A DNA stretch of 64,000 bases from Chlorokybus atmophyticus (taxonomy: Eukaryota > Plantae > Mesostigma and Chlorokybus algae). Numbering within the stretch: the first letter of the stretch is position 1; each line of letters opens with the position of its first letter. Where the stretch lies: assembly GCA_009103225.1 (NCBI GenBank), contig RHPI01001737.1:443177-507176 (forward strand), in the 5' to 3' direction. Positions 36,295-61,174 of this stretch are shown one piece after another. The translations under genes and the position numbers were made by a program. The notes under the pieces were generated by a model. It searched no databases and was not told where the DNA came from. It was given only the letters and a program-made list of their open reading frames with translations.

Positions 36295-39200
36295 TCAAGG
36301 CGGGGGCCAAATCACCGCCGACACGTTGGCGTCTTGCATCAGGCGTGGCGACCAAAACGGGTGAGGTTGCTTGCAGAATGGACACGCTTGTAGATTCTTT
36401 GATTTATTTGCCACAGTCTTCTGATGTGCTATGATGCAGACATGGCACATCGCTTTCTTGCAACAGGGCGTCTCCCCATCCGCTGGGGGGGGGGGGTCTT
36501 CCATGCGACAAATCAGCACACATGGTGCACGCGGGTGTGCAAGCTGCCTCTGCCACCAAACTCTGTTATCGCGTCGCAGGCGTAGCGACTCCCATCTGAA
36601 TGGCGCAGCATAACGCTCCACTGCCTGCTCGATCACCTGACGCCCATCTGCCGCCATACACCACCTGCTGGTCTTGGTGGTCTCGTCCAGCATGCGTTCA
36701 TCCAGGCCCTCGACATGGCTGTCGTCACTCGTGTACTCCCCCGCATCGTCATTTTCTTCGAGCTTCCACAGAATCAGCTCGACGTGCCGTATGACATACA
36801 GCCACTGCCAGCCAAAGCATGCCAAGTACAGCTCGAATGGTTTTACTTGCCACCCAGTATGTTTGCTCAGGTAGTGGCACACATCTCGACCCGCATTAGT
36901 CGACATCGACAGGTACATCTGCTGCAGCAGGTCGAAGTTCTGCTCCGCAGATAGCTCTTGCACATTGCCGGGGTGCTGCGGCAGCAACAACACCATCATA
37001 TCGAGGACGGCGAGGGGCAACAACGTACTACGGATGGCCATATCGTGTATGGGTTCCAACCACGGCCAATCCCCAGAGGTCTGTTTAGACCGCATTCTCC
37101 GCGTTTGCTCCCACTTATTGCAAACTTTCGTCACCCACCTCGAGGCATGCCGCATGCGGTGATGCAGCGCGTCTTGGGCGTACTGTAGGGTGATCAACTC
37201 CTTTGCACTACGAGTCAGCCCCCCAAAGCGTCTGCGCGTCGGTGCTTTGAGCTTAGGCAGCTCGTGCCGCACCGGCTGTCTCTCTGGACGATGCTGAGCA
37301 GCCACTTGACGCTGTAAACCCGCCTGTGCCTACTCAGGACACACAGTCAGCCCCAGTGAGGCTTCAAGGCGCTGTGCTTCTTCTAATGTTGTAACGATGC
37401 CTCACCTTTCCTTTTTTGGTCCTGTCAGCGTCCTTTGTTCCAACAACCTTCTTCTTTTTTTTTTGGTCACCCTGCACATCCTGGCAGGCGCTCTCCGTGG
37501 CACTGTCACTCAGAGGAGGTAAGGCGTTATCTTCTTGCTCCACAGCCTTGCGCTTGTTGGTTGCCTCCCGTTCCTCCACGACCTCATGTTGCTTCATGAG
37601 GTCGAGCATGAAGCCTTTGTCTTTCAGCGCAGCTTTCAGGACACCTCGATCAATCTCTTTACCAACAAGACAGGCTGGGATCAATGTGGCAAGCTTAGAG
37701 GGAGAGGGCGAGCTACAGCTGCTTCTTGATGGAGATGCCTCCGGATGGTCAGAGTGCGGTGGCAAGTGAGTCTCCGCGGCAGGAAGGGAGGGTGCTGAAT
37801 TGGGATTGCGAGCATGTGGCTGTGGTTGAGGGGAGGCAGGATGTGCAGAACACTCGGCTACTTCTTGCCTAGCACACGAAGGCGAGGCCTGAGGCGTTGG
37901 CGCAGCACTCTGGGTCACAGCCGGTGGTAGCGGGGAATTGGCAACGCCATTCCGCCACTCTCCGATCAGGTGTGTTACCTCCGGTGGCACTTCATGCATA
38001 GGCCACGACCACTGTTCGGTGCTTGCAGGCTTGAGGAGCCAAAAGTGTGCTTCTGGCTCATCAGGAGCAGTGTTGCCCACCACCAGGACTGAGTTGGGGG
38101 CTTCTTTATTTTCAACCCAAACTGCGCTGCCGGTCCGTGGCACCCACTCCCCATGCTCGCGCTGAACGGTCACGCAGCCAATCAACAAGCCCAGCTTGTT
38201 GGCAAACATGGTCATCTGCAGGTGCTCGACGTACACATCTTTTCTCCGCACGATCTGTCGCACCTTGGCCATGGCTAGGTCAATGTTGCAGTTGATATCA
38301 GCCAACATGGTCGCAGGCAGTTTGTCGTAATACTGCGCCATCTCTCCCGCGGCACCAGTGGCTCTGCAGAAGTCTAGGATTCTGCTCGCCACGCCTGCAT
38401 CGACAGCCTTGGCGGTGATTTTGCGGAGAGTGTGCCCCCTGCCGTCGTCGTCCATGGTGTCAAGCATGGCCCAAAATCTGCTCGAGCTGGGGCACTTGTG
38501 ATCATCCAGGACACTTTGCGCTATGGATGGCTTGGCGCGAAATACACAATGGTAGAAGCAGTTACCATCCGTTAGCGCATTGAAGTGGTCCCATGAGGCG
38601 AGCTGGCCACCTAGCATGACTGATGGCCGTATGCGGGTTGCGGCCAGCTCCTCTGATGACTCGCTGGCAGGTGGTGACCCCTGCTGCATGCGCATACAGC
38701 ACTCACATGGTGTGTCCAACTGTGGACGGCAAGAGTCACAGTGACTGATAAAGTACCTGAGTTTGGGGCAGACTGCCGGCTTCAACTTGCAGCGGGTGGG
38801 GTAAGGTAGGTGCAGAAGCCACATCGGTTGTTGCATTGTGCTGTGGTCTCGCCGGTGGCGGCAAGAAGGATTGTTGCCCCGCAATCACCGGTGCTGCTCG
38901 TGGAGGAGATGGCAGTGCACGAAGGACTGGTGCCGCGGAAGGTGGTTGCGCTCTGGCTGGGAGGGGAGCAGGAGCTGCAGGTGAGACCACTTGTGCATGC
39001 AGCAAGGGGGGCTGTATACAGGACCCAGGATAAGATGGCTCACAATGTTGCAAAGGACGAATATAAGCTTATGCAGTGCCTGACGCATTGTTACCAAGGC
39101 ACGAGCATAAAAGACAGCGACTTACCTCAATGGCCCGTGGGCTGCATGGAGCAGGGGAAGCCATGGGGGCTGACAAGGTGGTATTGGCTGCACTCTCCCC

Positions 39201-40300
39201 GCCACCCTCGATGGCAGACTCGTCACGGAGCTCTTGAGCCATGGGCACATCATGCGCCACTGCCTCAATGGACATGTCGGGATTCAACAGGCCAACATGC
39301 ATGTTAAACTGATGCCGCATTGCCGCCGCGCCCATCAGCAAGTGGGATTGAAGGACCAGTTGATGGGATTGAATCCAGGCTTGCATAGGAGCTCCAACAG
39401 GACTTAGTGCACTGTGGTGCTGTCAACCAATCACATGTGGGTTAGCTGCATGCTTGCGACACTGCAATTGCAATAGTCAACTGCGTCACACCGTCATCAG
39501 TTGGTTGCTTCGAACAGTCACCTGCGGCATTGCTGGTTGATGCACGAATGATTGCATGGACTGCGTCATTGCTGGTTGATGCACTATTGGTTGAATGCCG
39601 GACGAATGGCCACGCGCTCCTGTGCTCAAACCCAGCCTACTTCGTTCGGCACGCGCGCGCGACTTCGCACGCTCACGCACATCCTAGCATGCAAAGGTAG
39701 GCATGCATTGGAGCCGACATTGCAGTCAACATGCACAGCGAGATTGGCAACAACATACCGCCGCCCAGCTCTGTCTATCTGCTCTTGCTTCCGCAATGTC
39801 GGCTTGACTGTAGGGTGGGTATGGGTGAATAGTGGAGGCCTGCAGCCACGCTACATATATCACATGGACTGCGCTAAAAAACAAATTGCTCTTGCAAGGA
39901 AATGCATGTGACTGTTGAGCGTACCTCTGCATTCCTTTGTGCTTGTTCCCACAGCCGCAACTGGTCCCGCATGGTTCTGACAAGGGGCTCCAAGGACTGC
40001 AGCTCCTGATCCACTCCCTGTTGCAGAAAGCGAGCCACCAAGCAGCTCTCTGTGTGAAGATGGTCTTTAATGGCTTGCCTGCTGGTTTGTCCAATGTTGG
40101 TGATGCATGTTGGACAGCCCCATTGCTGACGCCTGCCATGATCCATGACGTGGCGACCGGTAGTAGCTGGCTTCGCTGCTTGAACTCTTACGACCACAAC
40201 TTCTCGCAAGATGTGCCACGCCGCCGCCGCCGCCGCCGCCGCCTCCTCCGACTCCTGGTCCTCCGCCTCCTAGTCGAACCCAGGCCCATCAAGCCTGACA
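36295..40300 (-). CDS. Multi-exon protein with an OTU-like cysteine protease domain and a C-terminal RING-like finger; 5' exons approximate
   Basis: DGNCFYHC and EAHFWLL (OTU Asp/Cys/His pattern); phase-0 intron 37324-37405 joins ORF 37364-38884 to ORF 36295-37305, which ends in CVLIC..TPCCKKAMCHVC..CPFC; upstream exon with CPTC..H..C. Confidence 0.75.
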
Positions 40301-40399
40301 TTCGACCCGTCATCGACCTGGTGCCCCTGCGTGCCATCATCCGGCCATCAATGAAGCGTGTTTGGGTGAGTGCATGCTAACTCCCATTTGGGCTGATCG

Positions 40400-40570
40400 A
40401 GCAATGCCTCTGTCGTACCATGGATGGTACGACAGAGCCATTGTACGGCAATCGCTGGGGTTGGACGAGAGATGCCTCTGTCGTACCATAAATGTTACGA
40501 CACAACCATTGGTAACAATGGTTGTACGAAGCATGCATGGCACGAATGCATAAGTCGTACCATCAACCAT
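40400..40570. promoter_or_regulatory. GTACCAT..ATGGTAC palindrome cluster 3, between divergent genes
   Basis: 14-bp perfect stem CTCTGTCGTACCAT/ATGGTACGACAGAG at 40408-40437 and further GTCGTACCAT copies. Confidence 0.55.
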
Positions 40571-40745
40571 AGGAGCAAGGACGCACTACAAGTGCGACTC
40601 TAGTGCGGGACTCTAGACGTTCAAAACCGCCTCATTTTCGTTTTCGCGCCTCATACATTCGGGCGGGCCAACCGGCGGCGGCAGCGTTGGAGGCGGCAGC
40701 GCCACTTACAGCTAAACAGGCGGCACCCGACTATCAGTTGGAGAG

Positions 40746-42340
40746 ATGCCTCGTGGTCCATCCGTAAGTGCACCTCGTCGTGGAGGTCGGCGCCAGTTGT
40801 CCACATTGCCCCCAGTGTTCAACCAGGCAACCGTCGCCAACCAATCGCAGCAAGACCCCGCGCTAACGCCCAGCACATCACAACAACTCCACCTGACACC
40901 GCAGTCGCAAGGGCAAGCTAGACTGCATGCGTTCTTGATGCACTGTGCACGTTGCTTCTTGCTCAACTTCTAACTTGGATGCTTGCTTCTATCATGACTA
41001 GCACAGTGACTCACTGCATGCGTTCTGGATACACTGTGCACGTTGTTCTTCTTTTGCAACTGTGAGGGTTGCATCTTTCATGGCTGGCAGCATGACTCAT
41101 GTGGTTGTGCTTGCAGAGGGTCGATTGGAACCCCCAACCCAAACGCATTTGGCCGTGACGTGGCAACCTCGGCCGTCAGCAACCCTTCCCCAAGCAAGTG
41201 GAAGATTGGCAACGAGGTAAGCACTGTGTGACACTGTGACACTGTGTGTATGTGTGTAACGGATTGTTCTTCTGTGGACAGCATTTGCGAGATGCCGTCG
41301 TTGAAATCATAAACGGCCACTGGGTAGAGAGCCACGTTTATCCCAAGGAGGACACTATTCGTAACGTCATGTGTCAGGTGCTGTGAATGCTTCATGACCG
41401 CACTGCACCGTGACACTGACCAACCTGCCCGTGACAGGTAGTTGGCTTCGACCATGACGACGAGGCCGATGCGGCCAAGTTCTATGAGGTGTACTGGACT
41501 CCCAAGGAGTGCCCCTTCCACTGGAGTGTCGCCCTGAAGAAAGCTACGCAGGTCCGGTCTGAGAACGTCACCAAGATCAAGCATGTCCTTGAGAAGGAGT
41601 ACAAGTGGACACTGTTTAACAGCAACAAGCGCAAGTGAGTTGGGTCCCTCACCACCATGTCTGCTATGCAACACTGCCTTCTTACTCAGCCTCCATACAC
41701 ACGTACTCATCTCGCCTATTGTAACCGATTCAATCAGGCACATCGACGCCCTAATGGACCCCGAGACCCAAAAAGCCCAGATGCGCAACGCGCTCCAAAG
41801 TAAGTCACAGGCACTATTCTAGCCTGGTGCAGGCTCAACTTGAACTATCTATTTCGTGACTAATGCCTTGTCGGTATGACTGTCGCAGACAAGTCATGGC
41901 GGAGATTTGAGGTGACCGACACTGCAGACCCGGAGCGGAGGAGATACATCCATGAATGGGGCAATCCCATAATCTGGCAAATGATCGTGCAATGCTGGTC
42001 TTACGCCGTCACTACACCTGGTCGCCGGCAGCTGACAGTCAACCACTTCTTTGTGTGCTATCCATGAATTAGATTTTACTCCACCCTCATCCTCAATGTT
42101 GGACTCCTCATCACTCAACAACTCCACCTGCGAAGAAGAGTCTTCGACAAGGCCCTCTTCGGATTGATCATTCTTGTGGACACTCCACTCTTCGAGGGCA
42201 CCTTCGATGGGCATGAGTGCCAGTCCTCTAAATCCGGTGGGCATGAACTCGCATGCAACTCGCTTCTGCCTCAAGCAAACTCAGCTGATGGGTTGGATGC
42301 AAGTGAAAGATGCGTGTTTCCTTGCAAAAAGGTAGTATGA
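40746..42340 (+). CDS. Unknown multi-exon gene
   Basis: Exons bounded by splice signals read SIGTPNPNAFG..KWKIGNE / HLRDAVVEIINGHWVE / VVGFDHDDEADAAKFYEVYW..LFNSNKR / HIDALMDPETQ / DKSWRRFEV; no family recognised. Confidence 0.55.
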
Positions 42341-44049
42341 GATGACTACATTTTTACTTATAATCAGCCGGTCACTCATGTTAAACAGTCCTAACTCAAT
42401 CCTTACTTAATGTACATACCAAGGCAGCCCATACGGCGCATCAAATGTGCAACAGTAACACACGCGCCTTCATGCACAGCAACGCACAGCAATGAACGCG
42501 TGCACACACTCTATACACATGTAAGCATGTGCACAAGCATCCGCTCAATAAGGAAACCTTTTTCCAAAGGCGTTGCTTGCACTCTGGTATGGTCATGCAT
42601 CAAATCAAACCAGGAAACAAGCTAGCAAATCCTAACATATGACCATAAAGGTATGGCCCAACCAACTCTTCAATTACTATAACTGTCGGTTTGCATTAGA
42701 ATAGTAACAGTCATGATAGCGTTAATAGGTAACGGTAGACGGTTAGGAAAGGCTTATTAAAACTCATCCTCTTTAAGTAAACTTCAAGATGCATTTGTTT
42801 ACGCCAACCCACAGCCAAACCGTTTACTTCCACTGTAAGTTATAGCTTCCAAAAGTCACGACTTATAAATAGATGCGCGGGATACCATAATGACCCAAAT
42901 ATGCTGTCAGCTCGATATCTGATTGTAGACATGCAATGAACACACCTCCCTCACGTTCATGAGGACGGCAACATGAGTTCTACAGCAAAACCCAACACAT
43001 AAACCCTGTTAATTGGCTATGAGTTGAAGTCCCAAGTCTATTCATGTTGCTTGCCCAAAAGACACAATGCACACGATACTACATGCTCGCGTGATGACAC
43101 CTCCCTTCGTTAAATGCAAGCCCAATTAACATAATGTATAGTGAGAGGCACTGTGTTTATGTTGATTTGATATCTGATAGATATATTGTAGTGTATAACA
43201 TCATTGTAATAAGACTGTTACATGTGTAATGTCGAGGTCATGTACGTATATTGCGTAAATTTGACAGCTTAGGCAAAATATGTAACACACAACTTGTATG
43301 TTTCAGTATAATATGTATGTATTAAACGTTGTATTTATCTCATGTATACACATACTCTGTCACATGATATAACATATATAATGTATACTATATATAACGC
43401 ATACGAGATATTTACGTTTTCGTGTGCTTTAATATGCATGAAGTTCTCTTGCAGGATGCATATAATGGCTATGCATGTTAACATTAAAGGTGCGGGGTGT
43501 CAATAGTATTTTAACTTGTGCATGTGTTTTCCACAAAGGTATCTTGGAGGTTGTGCGGTAGCTAAAAGTTGCTCCACTTTCAGATAGGGCCATCACATGA
43601 TCAGTGCACATCCTTTTATTTTGGGGGGTTTGGTTTTTTTCTTTAGATGCCCAGCTCCCGATCTCAATTGGACACGACGGAGCCTTTTAGCCTGAGATAT
43701 TCAGGGGTCTTCATGATAAGTGCACATCAGCGTGCCGCACAGCGAGTGCCTTGACGCACAACGCAGCACAATGGTAAACTCGGCACCTCGGGCTGGTTGC
43801 ATGGGGTGAAATTTGAAACTCCAGCTCCAGAGTGCCCGTTTTAAACGCTGCTGCTTTGAGGCAGGCGACAGTCAGCTTTCGCCGCAAGTGGCCACTGTCG
43901 CCGACGACGGCGACGCTGGGGTTAGCAGTTGACGGAGGAGGGGACTTCGTCCTACGCCAATGACACCGCCTGCTGCCCAAGTCCAGGGTAGTGGACTGCT
44001 AGTCAGCAAGTTGTAAGCGGAGGTAGACTGTGGGGCGGCCGCCGCAAGC

Positions 44050-55265
<11,216 letters not shown>

Positions 55266-55910
55266 ATTGCCAATTCCCAGCATTTCAAGGATAGTGTAGG
55301 ATTGTAAAGTCTCCCATGTGCTCTTTACCAATCATAAACCTGTAAACCCGCCTTCTGTGCGTGTACCATGGGTAGGCAGCTCCATATTCTAGCAAATCGT
55401 TGCATGTACACTCTGTTGACCATGCTGCAATGATACATGCGCATGCAAGCTTCAGCACTTATTGGAACGCTTAAATTTGACACCGCTAGGCTATGTGGTA
55501 CTTCTAACTCTACCACTCTAACATGCATACCCCACCACAGCAACAGGCATTGTCGTGATACCTGCCACTGCCGATCGTGTCAGCCTTGCGCAGGTCAACG
55601 TTGACAGCGGCAACGACCAGCAGACTCTCTCCGCCGCCGCTCCCCGATCCTCCCGCCACCAGCAACAGCCGCTACTGCAGTAACATGGTCGCTATGGCTT
55701 GGCTGACGGTATCGCACCCATCCAGCCTGTTAGGCGTCAGGCAGACAGACATCAAGAAACCCACTGACCGGCTGATCGCTGTCACGTAGGCTCCGTGTGC
55801 ATGTGTACTTTACAAAGGTGCTTGTGTGCCAGAGTCCTTTGGGGATTCATTGAGAGACCCAAGACTAAACTCCGTGCAGTGAATACAGTGATGTATTTTG
55901 TGCGCAACAG

Positions 55911-55932
55911 CGAGCGAGCGAGCGAGAGCGAG

Positions 55933-55981
<49 letters not shown>

Positions 55982-56874
55982 NNNNNNNNNNNNNNNNNNN
56001 NNNNNNNNNNNNNNNNNNNNNNNNNNNNNNNNNNNNNNNNNNNNNNNNNNNNNNNNNNNNNNNNNNNNNNNNNNNNNNNNNNNNNNNNNNNNNNNNNNNN
56101 NNNNNNNNNNNNNNNNNNNNNNNNNNNNNNNNNNNNNNNNNNNNNNNNNNNNNNNNNNNNNNNNNNNNNNNNNNNNNNNNNNNNNNNNNNNNNNNNNNNN
56201 NNNNNNNNNNNNNNNNNNNNNNNNNNNNNNNNNNNNNNNNNNNNNNNNNNNNNNNNNNNNNNNNNNNNNNNNNNNNNNNNNNNNNNNNNNNNNNNNNNNN
56301 NNNNNNNNNNNNNNNNNNNNNNNNNNNNNNNNNNNNNNNNNNNNNNNNNNNNNNNNNNNNNNNNNNNNNNNNNNNNNNNNNNNNNNNNNNNNNNNNNNNN
56401 NNNNNNNNNNNNNNNNNNNNNNNNNNNNNNNNNNNNNNNNNNNNNNNNNNNNNNNNNNNNNNNNNNNNNNNNNNNNNNNNNNNNNNNNNNNNNNNNNNNN
56501 NNNNNNNNNNNNNNNNNNNNNNNNNNNNNNNNNNNNNNNNNNNNNNNNNNNNNNNNNNNNNNNNNNNNNNNNNNNNNNNNNNNNNNNNNNNNNNNNNNNN
56601 NNNNNNNNNNNNNNNNNNNNNNNNNNNNNNNNNNNNNNNNNNNNNNNNNNNNNNNNNNNNNNNNNNNNNNNNNNNNNNNNNNNNNNNNNNNNNNNNNNNN
56701 NNNNNNNNNNNNNNNNNNNNNNNNNNNNNNNNNNNNNNNNNNNNNNNNNNNNNNNNNNNNNNNNNNNNNNNNNNNNNNNNNNNNNNNNNNNNNNNNNNNN
56801 NNNNNNNNNNNNNNNNNNNNNNNNNNNNNNNNNNNNNNNNNNNNNNNNNNNNNNNNNNNNNNNNNNNNNNNNNN
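55911..56874. repeat. (GA)n microsatellite followed by an assembly gap (N 55982-56874)
   Basis: Directly visible. Confidence 0.95.
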
Positions 56875-59800
56875 GGGCGGGGGGGGGCGCTCACCATAAG
56901 GATTGACAAAGTACATTACAGCGCAAGCAGGACTTGTCAGTCTTGCTCTGATAAGCTAAGTGCTATCTGGAAAGTGTGTTGTCATCATTGTCATGTGGTC
57001 TCTCAGTTGTGATCGCCCTTGTTGCTGATCCTCCCTCTGCTTAACAGGTCTGCTTATTCCCTACAACACTACCTGTACTCATGTATGCTCTACCCCTTGC
57101 GTAGATTGGTCATTGTCATCGTAGAAGTTGTAGTCCGTGCTACCATGGCTGCGCGCGTGTTCAGCGGGGGCGGGCAGGCGGTAGATCGTTTCCAAGCGCA
57201 TCTCAGCAGCGGCAGGCATGTTTTCCAGTCCAACACCATACACCACCCGACGTGTCCAATTCATAAGATACTGCTAATCGTGCAGCTCATGGTCTTTAGA
57301 CGGCCAATCCTGCAGTGCACACCCACCACCACATGACACGGTGTGTGCCAATCCAACTGACTTGTGCGTCCCTGTGGATAAGCACGCAGGCACACGCATA
57401 CAAGCACACGCACACATAAATGTATGCGCACGTGCGCTCGAATGCAATTGTAGCTGTGTACACACGAGTGCACACGCTCACAAAACAGGCTTGATTTTTG
57501 TGGCCGAGTTCGTACCATACGCTTCTCACAATTGTGTGTCGCGTCTCTTAGTGCAGTGCATGCAACACCGTACACGTATGCTGCTGCATGCGCGCACTCG
57601 GGCAGGCCTGTGAACACCGTCGCCGCCGCATCATGTAGCGCACCCACCTTGCCGGTTGTTGCACATTCCATCAGAGTTGACCAGATGTTAGCAATGATGG
57701 AAGCACAACACAGACACACGCATCACACGAGTAGTCCCGTCATACACCACGACAGTCACCTCGTAAAAAGCCACACGCACGCTCAGCGCCTGTGCAATAG
57801 CACATGCTATCGCTTTCTGGTTGTCATCAAGATCTGCTTTCAGGATCAACTCTTTTGGCGTTCCTCGGTGTCGGAAAAGCACGGCTTGAGAGCTCGACTC
57901 GCTCTTTGTGTGAAGTTCTGGCAGCTTTGTATCCAGCATCTCCCTCACGTGGACTAATCAATGATTACGTCCTTGTCATCTACGCCCACCTTCTTTGGTG
58001 CCGCATCACATTTGCCTGAAGCAAATGTACAGATATCAACTTGTGGGCGCGCGCATGCGCATGCTGCCCGTGAGCCTGTGAGGGTGCGGACATTTGTGAG
58101 TTGCGTGCGTGCACTTGAGACTATACTCAATACAAGTAACCTTCAGACATTTGCTTGGACTGAACTCACGCAAGCAGCTGCGTGTCGCATCCCGGTTCTG
58201 TGTTGCATCGCATGAGCAGGGCTTCCAGAATATCCATGTAAGTATGGCCGCGCTCAACATAGTAGGAAGGCGCAGGCCGCCAGAAGTGTTGGTCGAGTGT
58301 ACTGGTCTCCCGATTCAAAAAGCATCAGTGATGCCTGCACCTCATGCAAATAGTGTAGATGTAGGACATCTGGACCAACCCACCATGGTTCCCATGAGAA
58401 TGATTTGGTGCTTCACATGCGTGATGTGTGAGTAGTTGTTACCACTTCATCTGCTTGCGTGTTTAGGGCCTGCCTTGGCTTGCTGCTGCGTATTGGGCTC
58501 AGAGCTGCTGCCAGTACTTGAGCCACCTGTCACAAACCTGTGCACGTCAACTCAGGCACACCTGCAAGCGTACACACACATGCCTTTGGACTAATACAGC
58601 ATCCTGGCAGTGACCAAGCAATGCTTCTTGGTGTACAACATGCGGCACCTACCAGCTTACAACATGATGCGTGTGCCTACTCATCAACTGCATTTTGACA
58701 GTGGGAATTGCGCTCTCGGTGTGTACAAATGTACCTTCTAGATGCGCGCAAAGGCAACGACATTGCGTTGTGTGGAAATGACTCCCAGCTGGACCTTTCC
58801 GCATGCCGCTGCGCGCAGTGTGCTTGAATCCTATATCCCACACAATCAGTACTAAGGGCAGTGTTTAATATTACGGAGTGAGAGAGTCGCAGATATGTGC
58901 GTGTGGAGAAGCAGCTGCTCCTGTGCATGGATGTACAGGTGTCCATGCACGCACTACTGTGTGCACATTGCTATAGGCAAAGACTCATATGCGTTCACCT
59001 ATGCGCACGCACGATTGCACGTGTGCGCATAGGTGAACATGCCCAAACGTAGAAAACATGTGGGTACGCTGTGTGCGCACACAAGTATACCAACAGGCAC
59101 AAGTGCAGGCACAACCATACACATTGCGTGCAAGCTGTTGGAATGCACCCGCCACGGTGCGCAGTCTATGTTGAAGCTCGGGAAATCCCAACGACAACTT
59201 GTCCATGCATGTTGACCGCATGACATAGGTGATGTTGTCAACATGGTACTAAAGCGATGACAGTATTTCAGCAGAGACTGAATGTGATGCACCTCACATG
59301 CTCACCACTCATTGCCGTTCTCCGAGCGATGACCCGCAGCATTCTTGCGCAGTGTTGCATGACGTTGCGAGCTGAGCAGCAATTACTTCGTGTTGCTCAG
59401 ATATAGACAAATACACAACCGGCATTGTTGCTTGCGGAGCAAACCGTTCACAGAGCTCCAAACACACAAGGAGGCGTGCAGAAGGACAAACCATGCATAC
59501 ATGGAGCTGTGGGCATTCACTTGAGCAAGCCCCACACAAGCCAACTTGATGTTGTTGTCATTGTACTGTGCCACACAATCATCGTCTACATTACATGCAG
59601 CTTGCCCGAGGCTAAACTGAGCTAAGCTGAGCTGAGCTGGGCACCCCCAGAGAAATTTCAACACGCGCACAGTCTCACCAGCTTCCGCAATGCTGCTTGA
59701 GGAGGCGGCAGCCCTGAGCCTCACCTGCCAGCGAGCTGAAGCAGCCTTTTCCTTTTGGTTCTCCTGTCACACCCTTACCACCACCACTGCAATTTCACTG

Positions 59801-59969
59801 CAACCGCCACTGCCACCGCCTCCGCCATCGCCACGGCCTATGCTGGGGCCCTTCTTCTTACTCTGACAGAGAGCGGATAAGCACAAAGCACGCTTGAGGA
59901 GAATATCAAGACTTGTGCGTGGAAGTGTCACCGATGTCTCTAGTACGGCAGCAGATGTCAGCGGCACAG
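56875..59969 (-). other. Unit A: unknown intron-containing gene-like unit, (GA)n at its 5' end and (C)n at its 3' end
   Basis: Colinear inverted homology to 61174-64000 over its whole length, e.g. NWTRRVVYGVGLE(N/H)MP.A.EMRLE.I.R and LKADLDDN.KA.ACA.QALSVRVAFYE. Confidence 0.75.

Positions 59970-61173
<1,204 letters not shown>

Positions 61174-61174
<1 letters not shown>

Noticed and set aside
40584-40592. CACTACAAG as a CACTA terminus
   Set aside because: No convincing partner inverted repeat or TSD found; the TTGTAGTG near 43185 matches only 8 nt
41078-41788. 236-aa minus-strand ORF
   Set aside because: Antisense shadow of the spliced plus-strand gene
11000-42400. Endogenous giant virus or prophage as the source of the phage-like methyltransferases
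   Set aside because: No capsid, DNA polymerase B, packaging ATPase or other viral hallmark recognised; the genes have spliceosomal introns and sit beside transposases
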